64,000 nt of DNA. It comes from an uncultured Rivularia sp. (lineage in GTDB: Bacteria; Cyanobacteriota; Cyanobacteriia; Cyanobacteriales; Nostocaceae). Below the pieces are notes generated by a model that did no database searches, was not told where the DNA came from, and saw only the letters and a program-made list of their open reading frames with translations. A program made the position numbers and the translations under genes. This document shows, piece after piece, positions 52,805 to 63,872 of the stretch; position 1 is the stretch's first letter, and the number at the start of each line of letters is the position of its first letter. The stretch lies in NCBI GenBank assembly GCA_963665115.1, contig OY762007.1, positions 3,392,001 to 3,456,000 of the forward strand, given 5' to 3'.

Positions 52805-52990
52805 GGGAGTTGGGAGTTGGGAGTAGGGAGTAGGAAGTAGGGAGTTGGAAGTTGGGAGTAGGGAGTAGGGAGTTGGAAGTAGGGAGTAAGAAGTAGGAAG
52901 TTGGAAGTAGGGAGTAGGGAGTAGGAAGTAGGAAGTTGGGAGTTGGAAGTTGGGAGTTGGAAGTTGGGAGTTGGAAGTTGGGAGTTGGGA
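52805..52990. repeat. STRR tract (GGRAGTW)n
   Basis: About 26 tandem heptamers. Confidence 0.92.
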
Positions 52991-53038
52991 ATAAAGAAGT
53001 ATTGTATTATAGATGTAATACGTATATTTTTATAATAA

Positions 53039-53654
53039 ATGCAGCGACAAATCTTAGCAGCTTACGACAGCGAAGGCATTTTTGTGTATCAAGCTTTTAA
53101 GCCTTGTATAGCCGAAGAAGCCTTACTTAAAGGAACTTTTCGTAAAGGTTTCAATTTGGAAAGAATGACATGGATAAAACCTTCATTTGGCTGGATGCTT
53201 TATCGTTCTGGTTATGCTACAAAACACAGACAAGAATCTATTTTGAAAATCAAGCTTACTCATGAAGGGTTTCAGCAAATTCTTAAACAAGCAATACCAA
53301 CATCATTTGATCGAGATATTTTTGAATCGGAAAGAGAATGGAAAAGAAGTTTGGATAATTCCGAGGTTCGCTATCAATGGGACCCCCGACAGAGATTTAT
53401 CGTTACGACGTTTAGAGCATCGTGCTTTGCAATTGGGTATTCGCGGTAGTGTGGTGCATAATTACGTAAATACCTGGATTTTAGAAATAGAAGAAGTAAC
53501 CGAATTAGCTCACCATATTCGAGATGCAGTAAATAATAAATTACAGAAAATACCAGATGTTCCGCAAGAAAAAGTTTATCAGGTAAATTCGGAGATTTGC
53601 CAAACTTTGGGAATAACTAATATTATTTCTGTTGACTCCCTTCCCGCTCTATAA
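53039..53654 (+). pseudogene. DUF4291-like protein, +1 frameshift near 53385
   Basis: IFVYQAF, RMTWIKPSFGWMLYRSGYATK, VRYQWDP. Removing one C from CCCCC gives WDPDRDL...RALQLGIRG. Confidence 0.85.
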
Positions 53655-54050
53655 TTGCGTATCTCTCTTTTATTCTTCTGCGGTTTTTCTAATAGGTAAT
53701 TTTCTATAGGGAAGAAAGTAATTAGATTAACTGGATTAATTATATATACAGAAGAATTCAACATTTATCGAAATATAGCTAGCAATAATACGAGTGTTCT
53801 TTAAACAATTTTGATGAAAAAGTTTATTTGAATGCGGATGAATACTGAGGTAAAAAATTTAACTAAGCTTGTGGCAAATATTCTATTTATTTTAAACAGT
53901 CTTTTTATTCCTTTCAATGAAGAAAAATCTAGTTGTTAAAGCTTATACGAAGTATCAAATTATTCCTTGCACCAATAAAAAAGATGGATTATCACTGAGT
54001 GGTTGAGAAATATTTTATACGTATTTCGTTTAAAAGAAGGAAATAGTTAG

Positions 54051-54630
54051 ATGAAAATATTGAATAAGTTAGCGATATTTACTGCTAGTGTTGCAGTAAG
54101 TATTAGCATGGTGCAAACAGAAGCAAAAGCCGCAAGCTTTAACCGAATTATCAATTTGGATGCGAAACAAGATACTACTAGTAATCCAATATCATTGGAT
54201 TTATCGGCAGGGGTTTATTCTGTTGATTACATCGGGATGAACGATGGTGGTATTTATGATGCTTGGAATGCTTGGGGAGACGGCGTTACTGAATTCTGTA
54301 ATCGGAATGGAGAAGGCTGTATAAAAGGGTGGATTAATAGCTATCGGATCTCTTTCGATGGTTTCACAAATATGTTTTCTGGCTCTAGTGTTTATGCAAC
54401 TGCTTCACAAGCAATGCAAAATGCTGTTGATACTTCTTTCACCCTTGCATCAGACACGAAAGTTAACTTTTTCATCGGGGGACAGCTATTACAAAGATAA
54501 TGTCGGGGGTGTATCTCTGAAACTATCCTCATCCTCGCAATCAATCCCCGAGCCTACTACTTACTTAGGTTTATTGGCTGTAGGTGGTATTGGAATATCT
54601 ACCCTCAAGCGTAAGAAGCAACCGATTTAA
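54051..54630 (+). pseudogene. PEP-CTERM sorting domain protein, +1 frameshift near 54479
   Basis: Signal peptide; removing one G from GGGGG gives FIGDSYYKDNVGG...IPEPTTYLGLLAVG..LKRKK. Paralog of 55255. Confidence 0.85.
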
Positions 54631-55254
54631 TCTTTTCAAGATTTAACAGTTTATTTATAAATATCGCTGGTGCATCTACCATTTTTTATTCCTGCTGGTG
54701 CGGCAAGGTTATTTAAAGAAAAAACCTTACTAGACGCGGAGAGCGCAGAGGATAGAAGGGGAAGAGGGGCGAGTCGTTATTAAATTACGATTTTTAACGC
54801 GCTCTTTCCTAAAAGGGGGTAAAAGCAGTTTTTAATGGTGTTTTTACTGAATTAGATTTACTTTATTTCTGATGTCGATCGTAAATTAGAATATCTACAA
54901 AAATATTTCTCCGAAAATACTAATAATATTTCAACTTTTTAATCCTAATTTCACAAACAATCAGTACAAATACTAAAGAAAATCATTTAGCCTTTTATTA
55001 AATCCTCACAATAATTAAAAATATTGGAAATAGAGTTATCTTATTTCGGAATTCGCATTTTTAAATTTGTATTCTATTAACTTATACCATCTAGATATTG
55101 ATATTTTTTGCCTTGATTTAGCTTGATATATTCCAATAATGGTGAACTTTCAGCAAAAAGAAAATAAACTATTGCACCTTGATAAAAAATGAATTATCAC
55201 TGATATAGAGAGGAAAAAAACTACTCTAAATATAATAGAAAAGGGAATAAAAAA

Positions 55255-55809
55255 ATGAAATTAGTTAATAAATTGGCAATGGTTGCTGCTGGTATCGCTG
55301 TTAGTTTTGGTGTTTTCCAAACAGAAGCAAAAGCCGCTACTTTTAATCAGATTGTTGATATAGATTCCACACAGAATTCTGCTAGCAATCCAATTTCCTT
55401 GATGTTATCAGCGGGAACCTATTCAGTTGACTACATTGGACAGAATGATGGTGGAGCTTATGATGGTTGGAATGCTTGGGGTGGAAGGGTTGATAGTAGA
55501 GTGGGTTGGATGAATAGATATGTTGTATCTTCCACAGATTTTAGCCAAGAATATACATCAGGAAGTCGCTACGGTACTGCTTTAACAGCGTTGCAAAATG
55601 CTTTAGATAGCACTTTCACGCTTACATCTGACACTTTAGTTAACTTCTCAGTTAGAGACAGTAACTATGCAGACAATGTTGGAGGTGTATCTTTAAGAGT
55701 AGCTTCAGTAGCTTCGCAAGCAGTTCCCGAACCCGCTTCGATGTTAGGTTTATTAGCTGTAGGTAGTATTGGTGTTTCCAGTCTAAAGCGTAAGAAAAAA
55801 GCAGTTTAA
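55255..55809 (+). CDS. PEP-CTERM sorting domain protein
   Basis: Signal peptide (AKA|A); VPEPASMLGLLAVG, TM segment, KRKKK. Confidence 0.92.
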   Translation: MKLVNKLAMVAAGIAVSFGVFQTEAKAATFNQIVDIDSTQNSASNPISLMLSAGTYSVDYIGQNDGGAYDGWNAWGGRVDSRVGWMNRYVVSSTDFSQEYTSGSRYGTALTALQNALDSTFTLTSDTLVNFSVRDSNYADNVGGVSLRVASVASQAVPEPASMLGLLAVGSIGVSSLKRKKKAV

Positions 55810-55922
55810 ATCATTAATTTAACAAGCTAACAGGGTTCGTAGTCGGCGCTAAAGCGCTCGAATTTAGGACTAAAGTCCTGACTACGAACCCTTCAAATCT
55901 ACAACTATTTAATCAAAACCTC

Positions 55923-56237
55923 TTATAAATTCTTTAAAGTAATTGCAGTTCCAACATTACTTTCTACTGCATGACAAATTTGTTTTTTACATATCCATAT
56001 TAGTACAGCTAATACTATTAAAGAAACTCCTACCAATCCGTAAGTTGCTGTCATCCCAAAGTTTTGTTTAACTGGTTGAGAAAGGATTGGAGGAAGAAAC
56101 TGACCTAAAAACATAAATGTGGTTAAACCTCCCAAAGTCATTCCTGGTAAAGCGTCCGGAACTTCATTTGCAGTCCAAACGTTTAAGTTGGGTGTCATTA
56201 AACCTAACCCAATTCCTGTTGGAATCAGCACCAATAG
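55923..56237 (-). pseudogene. C-terminal fragment of an MFS transporter
   Basis: GIGLGLMTPNLN...GGLTTFMFLGQF: only the last three TM helices. Starts exactly at the MITE boundary. Confidence 0.75.
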
Positions 56238-56333
56238 TAAGCTGATGTGCAGCTAAGTTGCATTTAAAAAAAATTTGAATTATTGTAGTGCGGGCATCTT
56301 GCCCGCTAATACTATACAAATTAAGTGCGTAAC
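56238..56333. mobile_element. TA-flanked MITE, copy 3 of 3 (right TIR clipped)
   Basis: Same sequence as 6202 and 32776, but ends GCGTAAC|GTTTT instead of GCGTAACAGCTTA. Confidence 0.85.
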
Positions 56334-56347
56334 GTTTTAATAAAAAA

Positions 56348-57437
56348 TTAACTGGTAACTTCTTCTAAGAAAGGATAATCCGTATATCCCTGCTCGCTGC
56401 TACCGTAAAACGTTTTTGGATCGGGTTCATTCAACGGTGCGTTTAGCTTGAAGCGCTCTGGTAAATCTGGGTTTGCTATAAACAACCTTCCGAAGGAAAC
56501 AAGATCGGCATTACCATTATTTAGAGCAGCATTTGCTGTTTCCTGGGTATAGTTTCCATTGGTAATTAGCGTTCCTTGGTAGATAGGGCGAAACAAAGGA
56601 GTTACGGGATTAAGTACATCTCGATTCTTTAAATCAATTTCATTTGGTTCCATTAGATGCACGTAAGCTAAACCCTTTGAATTAAGTGCTTCAAGGACGT
56701 AACTAAAAGTCGCTTTGGGATTCGAGTCAAACATACCATAAAAGGTATTACTCGGTGAAAGCTTAATCCCAACTTGCTCTGCACCCCAAACGCTGCAAAC
56801 CGCTTCTACAACTTCTAGTAGAAATCGAGCGCGATTTTCAATTGAGCCACCATACTCGTCACTTCTTTGATTTGAACCGTCTTGCAAAAATTGGTCAATT
56901 AGATAGCCAAATGCACCATGCAGTTCAACACCATCGAATCCAGCCGCTTTAGCATTTTCAGCACCAGAGCGAAACTGCTCTATGATTTCAGCAATTTCTT
57001 GTTTTTCTAAAGCTCGGGGTGTTTCTATTACTACTTTACCTGCCGGAGTGTGAAGTTCACCTTTTGGCGCGATCGCACTAGGCGCAATAGGCTGCTTTCC
57101 ATCCAACAAAGATGAGTGTGAAATCCTGCCACAGTGCCACAATTGAAGAAAAACTTTTCCCCCTACATTATGAACTGCATCTGTTACTTGCTGCCATCCT
57201 TTAATTTGTTCTTGAGAGTAAATACCTGGACAGTTCATGTATCCGTTACTCATAGGAGAAACCATCGTGCATTCGGTAACGATTAAACCGGAGGATGCTC
57301 GTTGAACATAATAGGTTGCCATCAAGGATTGAGGAATGCTGTCAATTGCTCGTAATCGAGTCATGGGTGCCATCACCATTCGATTGGGAAGGTTTAAGGA
57401 AACCCATCTCAATAGGTGAGAAAAGATTGATGTTCAT
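56348..57437 (-). CDS. Alkene reductase (OYE) paralog; +1 frameshift near 57401 after the true start
   Basis: MNINLFSPIEMG from ATG 57437 joins SLNLPNRMVMAPMTR if one T is removed; ELHGAFGYL, FIANPDLP. Confidence 0.9.
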
Positions 57438-57569
57438 AAATAGATTCTTTTTGATTCGTCGCTAACAGCATTAATAATTAAAGACTTTTTTCGAGTCACG
57501 GCTTTCCTTAATTAAACAAATTCTCCGCCAAATTATATTACCAATTCCCAATGCCCAATGCCCAATCCC

Positions 57570-60500
57570 CTAAAATCTCGCTTCATACTGTACTCGAAAT
57601 TCACCCGCTTCGTAATCGTAAACAAATCTTGCTGAAGAGTTTTCGTTAATATCTTTCAAACCCGTTACCGAAGGAAATACCTGCAATCTAGTTAACCCAA
57701 TTGATTTACCCAAAGAATTTACAGGTTTTTGAGCTTGATATAAAAATTCTTGAGTAAGTTCGGTTTCTAAAGGTGCAACTAAATAGTCCAATACTAAAGA
57801 TTCAAGCAATTCCGTTTCGTTTCCACTGGTAAGTTGCTGTTCGAGTTTTTGTAGCGCTGCAAAAGTACGGTTTCCTAGCAACGATAAAATTTCGCTGTTG
57901 CTACGAGTAGGGGTACTTGTTAATGCTACTGCGGGGTTGTCGAGTAAGTCTTTGGTTTGTATACTTACTTTACTATTTACGTTGATGCAGTTAGCAACAG
58001 TTCTTAATTTGTTCGCTGAATCAGTAGTTGGAGTTCCTAATTGGGACAATCGGACGTTTCTTTGATATGTTATGCAAGCATCCCCATCAGATGCATCTCT
58101 ACCTAAAGAAGCAAGTAATTCGTTTGCTTCACCTTCAACTAAAATTCTCACATCAATTTGTTCGGGGTTTACTGCTGCAACGATATCATCTCGTATTTCG
58201 TTATCATTTGCTTGCAAACGGTCAAAATTTGGTGCATCAACTACTGTAGTTTGTAACTCTACATCAAGCTGGGGATTTAGTAAACTGCGACTTGGTAAAA
58301 ACGTCACTACTTGTTTGCGATCGCGCGTAATGAAAAATGAGTTTTCGAGTAGAAATAAGCTTCCTCGTTTGAGTTCAATTTCTCCATTTCCGCGTAGATT
58401 ATTCAAACCACCGTTAACTGTAATATCTCCCGCCATGCGGAAGTTAACTCGCGGTAGACTTCGGCTAAATTTAAATCCTCTACCTAAAGTTACTTTGAAG
58501 TTGTTAAATGTGGGGTTTATGGGTGAATTATTTGGCTGTTGGGGTTGGTTTAATTGTTTAGATTGAGTTGCAACTTCTTGAGTTGATGCATTTTTTACTC
58601 TTGCTTCTAATTCTTCCTTCTTTTCTTCTTCCTCGCGTTTGGGAATCTCAACTTTTCCCCTTTGTAAAAGAATATCTCCACTAATTACAGGATTTAATAC
58701 AGTGCGGGAAACTGCGATATTAGAAGCGATTTGTCCGTTGTATAATCCTTTTAATTTTATTTTTTTAGGTTCTATTTCTTCAAAAATAATATCTTCCGAA
58801 TCTTCATTTCTAGAACCTAAAATAACTCTTAAAGGTTTATTTCCGTTGGGTTGAAATATAGGTAAATTGCCAGCAATTTTAAACGGAGCTTCAGCTAAAG
58901 TACCAGATATTCCTTCTACTTGAATAGTTTCTTGCTGTAAATTAGCATTACCGACAGCAGTTAATTTAATTTTGCTTTCTAACTGCTTGGTTTTAATTGT
59001 GGCATTTTGAATATTAATTGCAGTTGTAGCTACTAATTCATTCAAGGCTCCTCGAATTGTAGGAGCGTTGGGATCTAATTCACCGTTAATCGCGATCGCA
59101 ACTTCTCCATTTCCTTCAATCCATTGCAGTTGATTTTGCGTGAAAGCATCTAAAAGCTGAAAAGCTTCGTTATCAATTTTCGCTTGTACTGCTACAGTAT
59201 TAGTTCTATTTGGCTGGAGGGGATAAGCCACCGTTGCGTCAACTTTGACAACGGAATTAGGAGTTGTAACGAGTTTGCCAACAGAATCAACATAGTTGAA
59301 ATTTCCAGCTAATTCTCCCAAAGGTTTTTGATTGATGGTACCGTTTACCAAAGAAAATGCACCTTGAGGAATATCTGGTTTGAATCCGCTTCCACCGAGA
59401 TTTGCTTGTAAATTGAAGGCACCACCGATATCAACTGGTAAATCAACAAACCTTTCTGCTAATTTAACAGGAATATTTGCAACTTTTACCGTTCCTAAAG
59501 ATTTGAATCCATCTAATTCTAAAGTTCCATCAACAGCAATTTCCCCACCTTCGACATTAACTTTTGCTGGATCTAATTGAATTATGCCGTTGTTATAATT
59601 TCCACTAGCAACAACTTTACTAATATCTATAGCTTGATTTTCTTTGACAACTACACCTAGATTCCGATTATACGTTACATATTCTTCTTGAGGTCGCCAT
59701 TCCCATTTTTCACCTAATAGCTGAAAATTAACTTGGGGATTTGTAAGTTTTCCAGCAACGACAACTTCTGCATCGTATTCCCCTTTAATATCGAATTGTA
59801 TGTTAGTATTATCTTCTTGTTGTAAAGCAGCTTGCTGTTGAATTTTATTAATAACTTCTGCAAATAAGCGTAATTGCGCGAGGATGGGAGCTTCTGGTTT
59901 TCCTACGGGTTGAGTTGGTACGTCAGCAACACTGCCGTATTCTGGATTTAATATGCTGCTAACTCCACCCTGCAAATCTTCTAAATTAAATACGTTTACA
60001 GCAGCGAAAATATCTTGTACTCTGCCATCATTCGCTACTAATTTACCGTTGATATCTTGAGATTTTAAATTATAATTACCTTGCAAAGCATATTCAGTTT
60101 TACCGATTTGCAAAGTTGCAGCATCTATACGAGCAATTTCTCCATCATAAGAGAAATCAGCAGCAAATTCTTTGGCTTTGACAGCACCGATGGCTGGATT
60201 TTCTACGTTAATATTTCCAGCAGTTGCTAAGTTGAAAAGATTTACATCCAGATTTCCGGTTGCTTTACCATCTACGGTAGTACCAATAGTTTCTTCGACA
60301 ACGGGTACCAGATTTAATAAGGATAAAGAAGCGTTTTTCAAATCAATATCTAAAACATCACCTTGTCTTCTACCACTAAGAAGAATCGGATTTTGAGTAT
60401 TTACTCCTTGTCTTAGATCGAAAAAGCTGGGAAGATAAGGAGATAAGCAATCTTGTCTGGTACAAGGTTGTAAACTTGCGGCGATTCGATCTGTTTTACC

Positions 60501-63500
60501 CTGCAAATCTATTTCGATGCTGTTTCCTAAGTTTACGTCAACGGGACCTTGTAATAAAGGTTGAAAAGCAATTTTATCTAAAGCAAGATTTCTTAATGCT
60601 AAATTTCCTGCTAATCTAACGTTACCGGGAGCAAAAGGTGCTGAAATCAAGTTTCTGCCGATAAGTCTACCGGAAAAATCGGCTCTACCTTTAATTTTTG
60701 GGATGCCTTCTTCATCTAACTCTCGCGCTATAGATTTTAAAGGAATTTTAGATAAATTGGAATTTGCTTCAACGTTTAAATCTGTAGCAACATTCCAAGA
60801 GGATATACCATCGTCACCAGGTACAACAACAATTTGTCCTTTCGCGTTTAATTCTTGTTGCAGGGTGGTAACATAAGCTTGGTTAGCTTGAATTAAAATC
60901 GGATTTCCTTCTAAGGCAGGTTTAACTTCTCCGCTTAAGTTTAATTTAGCCGATAGTTGGGAAAGTTCGGGACAGCTAATATCGAAACTGCGACACAATA
61001 AAGGAGTGTTGACGTTATTTGCATTGATATTGCTCGCGATTCTACCATTATTTAAGTTGGCGATCGCTCTTACACTACCTTTGGCAACTGCAAGATTTGC
61101 ATTAACATCGGCATTGAGATTATCAAAGTTATTTGCTAAAAGACGATCTATCTTACCAGTGACATTTACTCTACTATTATTTACCGTCACGGGTAAAGGT
61201 GAATCAGGTAGAAGTTGATTTAACGAAATTCGATTTGCATTTACAACAGCTTGTAAATTATTCGTTGCTAAATTACCGTTGGCATTGAAATTAATATCCC
61301 CTCTACTGCCAGGTACAATTAATCTTCCATTAGCAGTAGCTTGGAAACTATTTAATTTATTTAGTTTTTCGATAGATTCAAATTCCAATAGCTGATTTAC
61401 TCTACCGGAAACGTTAACTCTGGTATTCGCTACCGTAACGGGTATTGGTAATTCCGGTAAAAACGGATTTGCGGCAATACTATTAGCGTTGACATTTGCT
61501 TGTAATATACCTCGATTCAAATTGCCGTCAACTAAAACCCTACCGTTATTAACAGCTAAATTTAAATTAGCGTTACCGTTTACCCTAGATAAGTCAAAAT
61601 TATTGATAATATCTAAATTCCCAGCTAATCTGACATTACCGCGTCGTAAGGTAACTGGCTGATTTAATTTATTTAACCGAAATTGCTTTTTCTGCTCTGC
61701 CGATAATAAACTAGTGACGGGAAAAGAATTTGCATTTGCAACTAAATTCCAATTCTTCGTAGCAAAATTCCCATTACCATTAAAATTAACCCTTCCCCTT
61801 CCCTTAACTTCCGGTAAAATCAAATTTCCGTTAACAGAAGCTCGGAAACTATTTAAACTATCAATTGATTGATAATTAATTAAATCATTCAATCTACCCG
61901 AAACATTAGCTGTGGTATTCGCAACCGTCACAACCAAAGGTAATTCCGGCACAATTTTATTTAAACCAATTCCCCTAACATTGGCATTCGCCGTCAAAAT
62001 ACCTCGATTTAAATTACCGTTGACGGCAACATTCCCCTGATTAACATTTAAATTGACATCCGCATTACCGCGAATACTTCCAGGATTGAAATTATTTAAA
62101 CTTCCCGCCAAATTTATATCAGCACGTCGTAAAAATATTCTACTTTGCTTAATCCTTTCCCCAACATTTTCAACTTTCGCTAAAAACGGATTTAAAGTCA
62201 AAGTATTCGCATTAACAGCAGCATTCCAATTATTCGTAGCTAAATTGGCTCTACCATCAATATTTACCCTACCTTCAGCAGTTTGTATCGTATTATTTGA
62301 AGTAACTCGATTACCAGCTAACCTAACATTACCACCACCAGAAACCCTGCCAACAATATTAGCTTCAGCTTGCGGTAACTTCCAAGATAAAACACCGTTC
62401 GGATTTGCTAACGTTCCTTCAACTTCACCTTCTGCCAATAATCTTCCAAATCTTACCATATCATCGGTAACGCCATAGGGAGCTACAACTGCTCCCGGAT
62501 TGGCAACTATTGCATCAAAAACTAAAGCTACTTTCGATTTACTAAAATCCTTAACTTCCGGTAAAGACTTCGGGAAAGAAACCTTACCCTTAGCGAGAAT
62601 ATCGCCACCAGTTGCAGGAGTAGCGCGAAATTCTTGTAAGAAAACTTGTTTAAAATTGCCCCCGAAAACAGCATTTACTTTACTGAATGCCGTCTTATCA
62701 ACAACTATCCCTCTGTTACTAAAAACATTCCCCAGTAAAATTGGATTTTCCGCATCTCCCTTAAGTAATAACTGAGCCTGTAAATTACCATCTATATTTA
62801 CCGGAGATTTTAAAGAAGTTGTTTTCAGCAGACTTCCAATACCGAAAGAATTCGTATTAACCTTTAAATCAAAACCTTCATCTAAATCAGCAACCCCAGA
62901 AACATCAGCAATCAAATTACCATAACTAGCTTTGGTTTCCCCAAAACTTACCTTTTGCCCATCAAAATTTAAATTAGCAGTAGCATTGACGGGAACTTTC
63001 AATTGTGGAGATTTTACCTGTAATTTCTGTAAATTACCAGTACCCTTAACTTGAGTTTCAGCGAATTTCGATAAACCCGGTAAATCAATTTCCAAATCGG
63101 CATTTAACAAACCGCTAGGAATAGTTACCGGAAGATTATCTTTGACATAATTACTCAAATCCGGTAAGGAAAGATTATCAATCCTGGCATTAATCTTGCT
63201 TTTATAATCAGTTAGCTGAGTAACGCCATCAATATCAACCTTCCCCTTAACAACTGGCGCATTAATACCATATTGCAACTGCCAAGACTTATTTTGACTG
63301 TAATTTAGATAGCCGTTAATATCCTCAACAGCAAAAGGATCTTTCAAAGCTTGGGGAAGCACAGCAACCTTTGCTCTGCGTAAATTTATTTTCGCATCAA
63401 TATCAAACGGAAGCTCCCCTTCATCGCTCGTATCTAAATTAAGCCTTACCCATTCCCCTTGCTTATCTTCTTCTACATAAACATCCGGCTCAATCAAATT

Positions 63501-63872
63501 TATGCTTAAAGGAAGCGTTTGAGTAAACAGCAGCGGAATTGGATTAAACCCGATAACTACAGCTTTAGCTTTAACATAATTTGGGTCATTTTCTGTCGCT
63601 GGAATTGAAGAGTCTTCCAATCTTACACCAGTTAACGACCAACTTTTTACCGAACCAACCTTTACAGGGCGATTAATAAACTCAGTTAATTGCTCATCCA
63701 ATAAACCCGGTAACTTGCGACGAATAAAATAGTCTAAGCCAAAAAAACCAGCAACACCCAAACCTAGAAGAGAAACACCGGCAATTTTGATGGCATTACG
63801 CAGCCAAACACGTTTTCGCGGTTGACTTGGTGGATTTGGGGTTGAATCTTGTGGGGTATTTGGCGGTGTCAT
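57570..63872 (-). CDS. Translocation/assembly module TamB-like protein (2100 aa)
   Basis: N-terminal TM, long Gly/Asn-rich beta-strand repeats, DUF490-like C-terminus (LTSTPTRSNSEILSLLG; ends YEARF). Confidence 0.88.
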   Translation of the reverse strand: MTPPNTPQDSTPNPPSQPRKRVWLRNAIKIAGVSLLGLGVAGFFGLDYFIRRKLPGLLDEQLTEFINRPVKVGSVKSWSLTGVRLEDSSIPATENDPNYVKAKAVVIGFNPIPLLFTQTLPLSINLIEPDVYVEEDKQGEWVRLNLDTSDEGELPFDIDAKINLRRAKVAVLPQALKDPFAVEDINGYLNYSQNKSWQLQYGINAPVVKGKVDIDGVTQLTDYKSKINARIDNLSLPDLSNYVKDNLPVTIPSGLLNADLEIDLPGLSKFAETQVKGTGNLQKLQVKSPQLKVPVNATANLNFDGQKVSFGETKASYGNLIADVSGVADLDEGFDLKVNTNSFGIGSLLKTTSLKSPVNIDGNLQAQLLLKGDAENPILLGNVFSNRGIVVDKTAFSKVNAVFGGNFKQVFLQEFRATPATGGDILAKGKVSFPKSLPEVKDFSKSKVALVFDAIVANPGAVVAPYGVTDDMVRFGRLLAEGEVEGTLANPNGVLSWKLPQAEANIVGRVSGGGNVRLAGNRVTSNNTIQTAEGRVNIDGRANLATNNWNAAVNANTLTLNPFLAKVENVGERIKQSRIFLRRADINLAGSLNNFNPGSIRGNADVNLNVNQGNVAVNGNLNRGILTANANVRGIGLNKIVPELPLVVTVANTTANVSGRLNDLINYQSIDSLNSFRASVNGNLILPEVKGRGRVNFNGNGNFATKNWNLVANANSFPVTSLLSAEQKKQFRLNKLNQPVTLRRGNVRLAGNLDIINNFDLSRVNGNANLNLAVNNGRVLVDGNLNRGILQANVNANSIAANPFLPELPIPVTVANTRVNVSGRVNQLLEFESIEKLNKLNSFQATANGRLIVPGSRGDINFNANGNLATNNLQAVVNANRISLNQLLPDSPLPVTVNNSRVNVTGKIDRLLANNFDNLNADVNANLAVAKGSVRAIANLNNGRIASNINANNVNTPLLCRSFDISCPELSQLSAKLNLSGEVKPALEGNPILIQANQAYVTTLQQELNAKGQIVVVPGDDGISSWNVATDLNVEANSNLSKIPLKSIARELDEEGIPKIKGRADFSGRLIGRNLISAPFAPGNVRLAGNLALRNLALDKIAFQPLLQGPVDVNLGNSIEIDLQGKTDRIAASLQPCTRQDCLSPYLPSFFDLRQGVNTQNPILLSGRRQGDVLDIDLKNASLSLLNLVPVVEETIGTTVDGKATGNLDVNLFNLATAGNINVENPAIGAVKAKEFAADFSYDGEIARIDAATLQIGKTEYALQGNYNLKSQDINGKLVANDGRVQDIFAAVNVFNLEDLQGGVSSILNPEYGSVADVPTQPVGKPEAPILAQLRLFAEVINKIQQQAALQQEDNTNIQFDIKGEYDAEVVVAGKLTNPQVNFQLLGEKWEWRPQEEYVTYNRNLGVVVKENQAIDISKVVASGNYNNGIIQLDPAKVNVEGGEIAVDGTLELDGFKSLGTVKVANIPVKLAERFVDLPVDIGGAFNLQANLGGSGFKPDIPQGAFSLVNGTINQKPLGELAGNFNYVDSVGKLVTTPNSVVKVDATVAYPLQPNRTNTVAVQAKIDNEAFQLLDAFTQNQLQWIEGNGEVAIAINGELDPNAPTIRGALNELVATTAINIQNATIKTKQLESKIKLTAVGNANLQQETIQVEGISGTLAEAPFKIAGNLPIFQPNGNKPLRVILGSRNEDSEDIIFEEIEPKKIKLKGLYNGQIASNIAVSRTVLNPVISGDILLQRGKVEIPKREEEEKKEELEARVKNASTQEVATQSKQLNQPQQPNNSPINPTFNNFKVTLGRGFKFSRSLPRVNFRMAGDITVNGGLNNLRGNGEIELKRGSLFLLENSFFITRDRKQVVTFLPSRSLLNPQLDVELQTTVVDAPNFDRLQANDNEIRDDIVAAVNPEQIDVRILVEGEANELLASLGRDASDGDACITYQRNVRLSQLGTPTTDSANKLRTVANCINVNSKVSIQTKDLLDNPAVALTSTPTRSNSEILSLLGNRTFAALQKLEQQLTSGNETELLESLVLDYLVAPLETELTQEFLYQAQKPVNSLGKSIGLTRLQVFPSVTGLKDINENSSARFVYDYEAGEFRVQYEARF

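Noticed and set aside
52805..52990. G-rich tandem tract as a CRISPR array or novel repeat system
   Set aside because: 7-bp periodicity without spacers; an ordinary Nostocales STRR.
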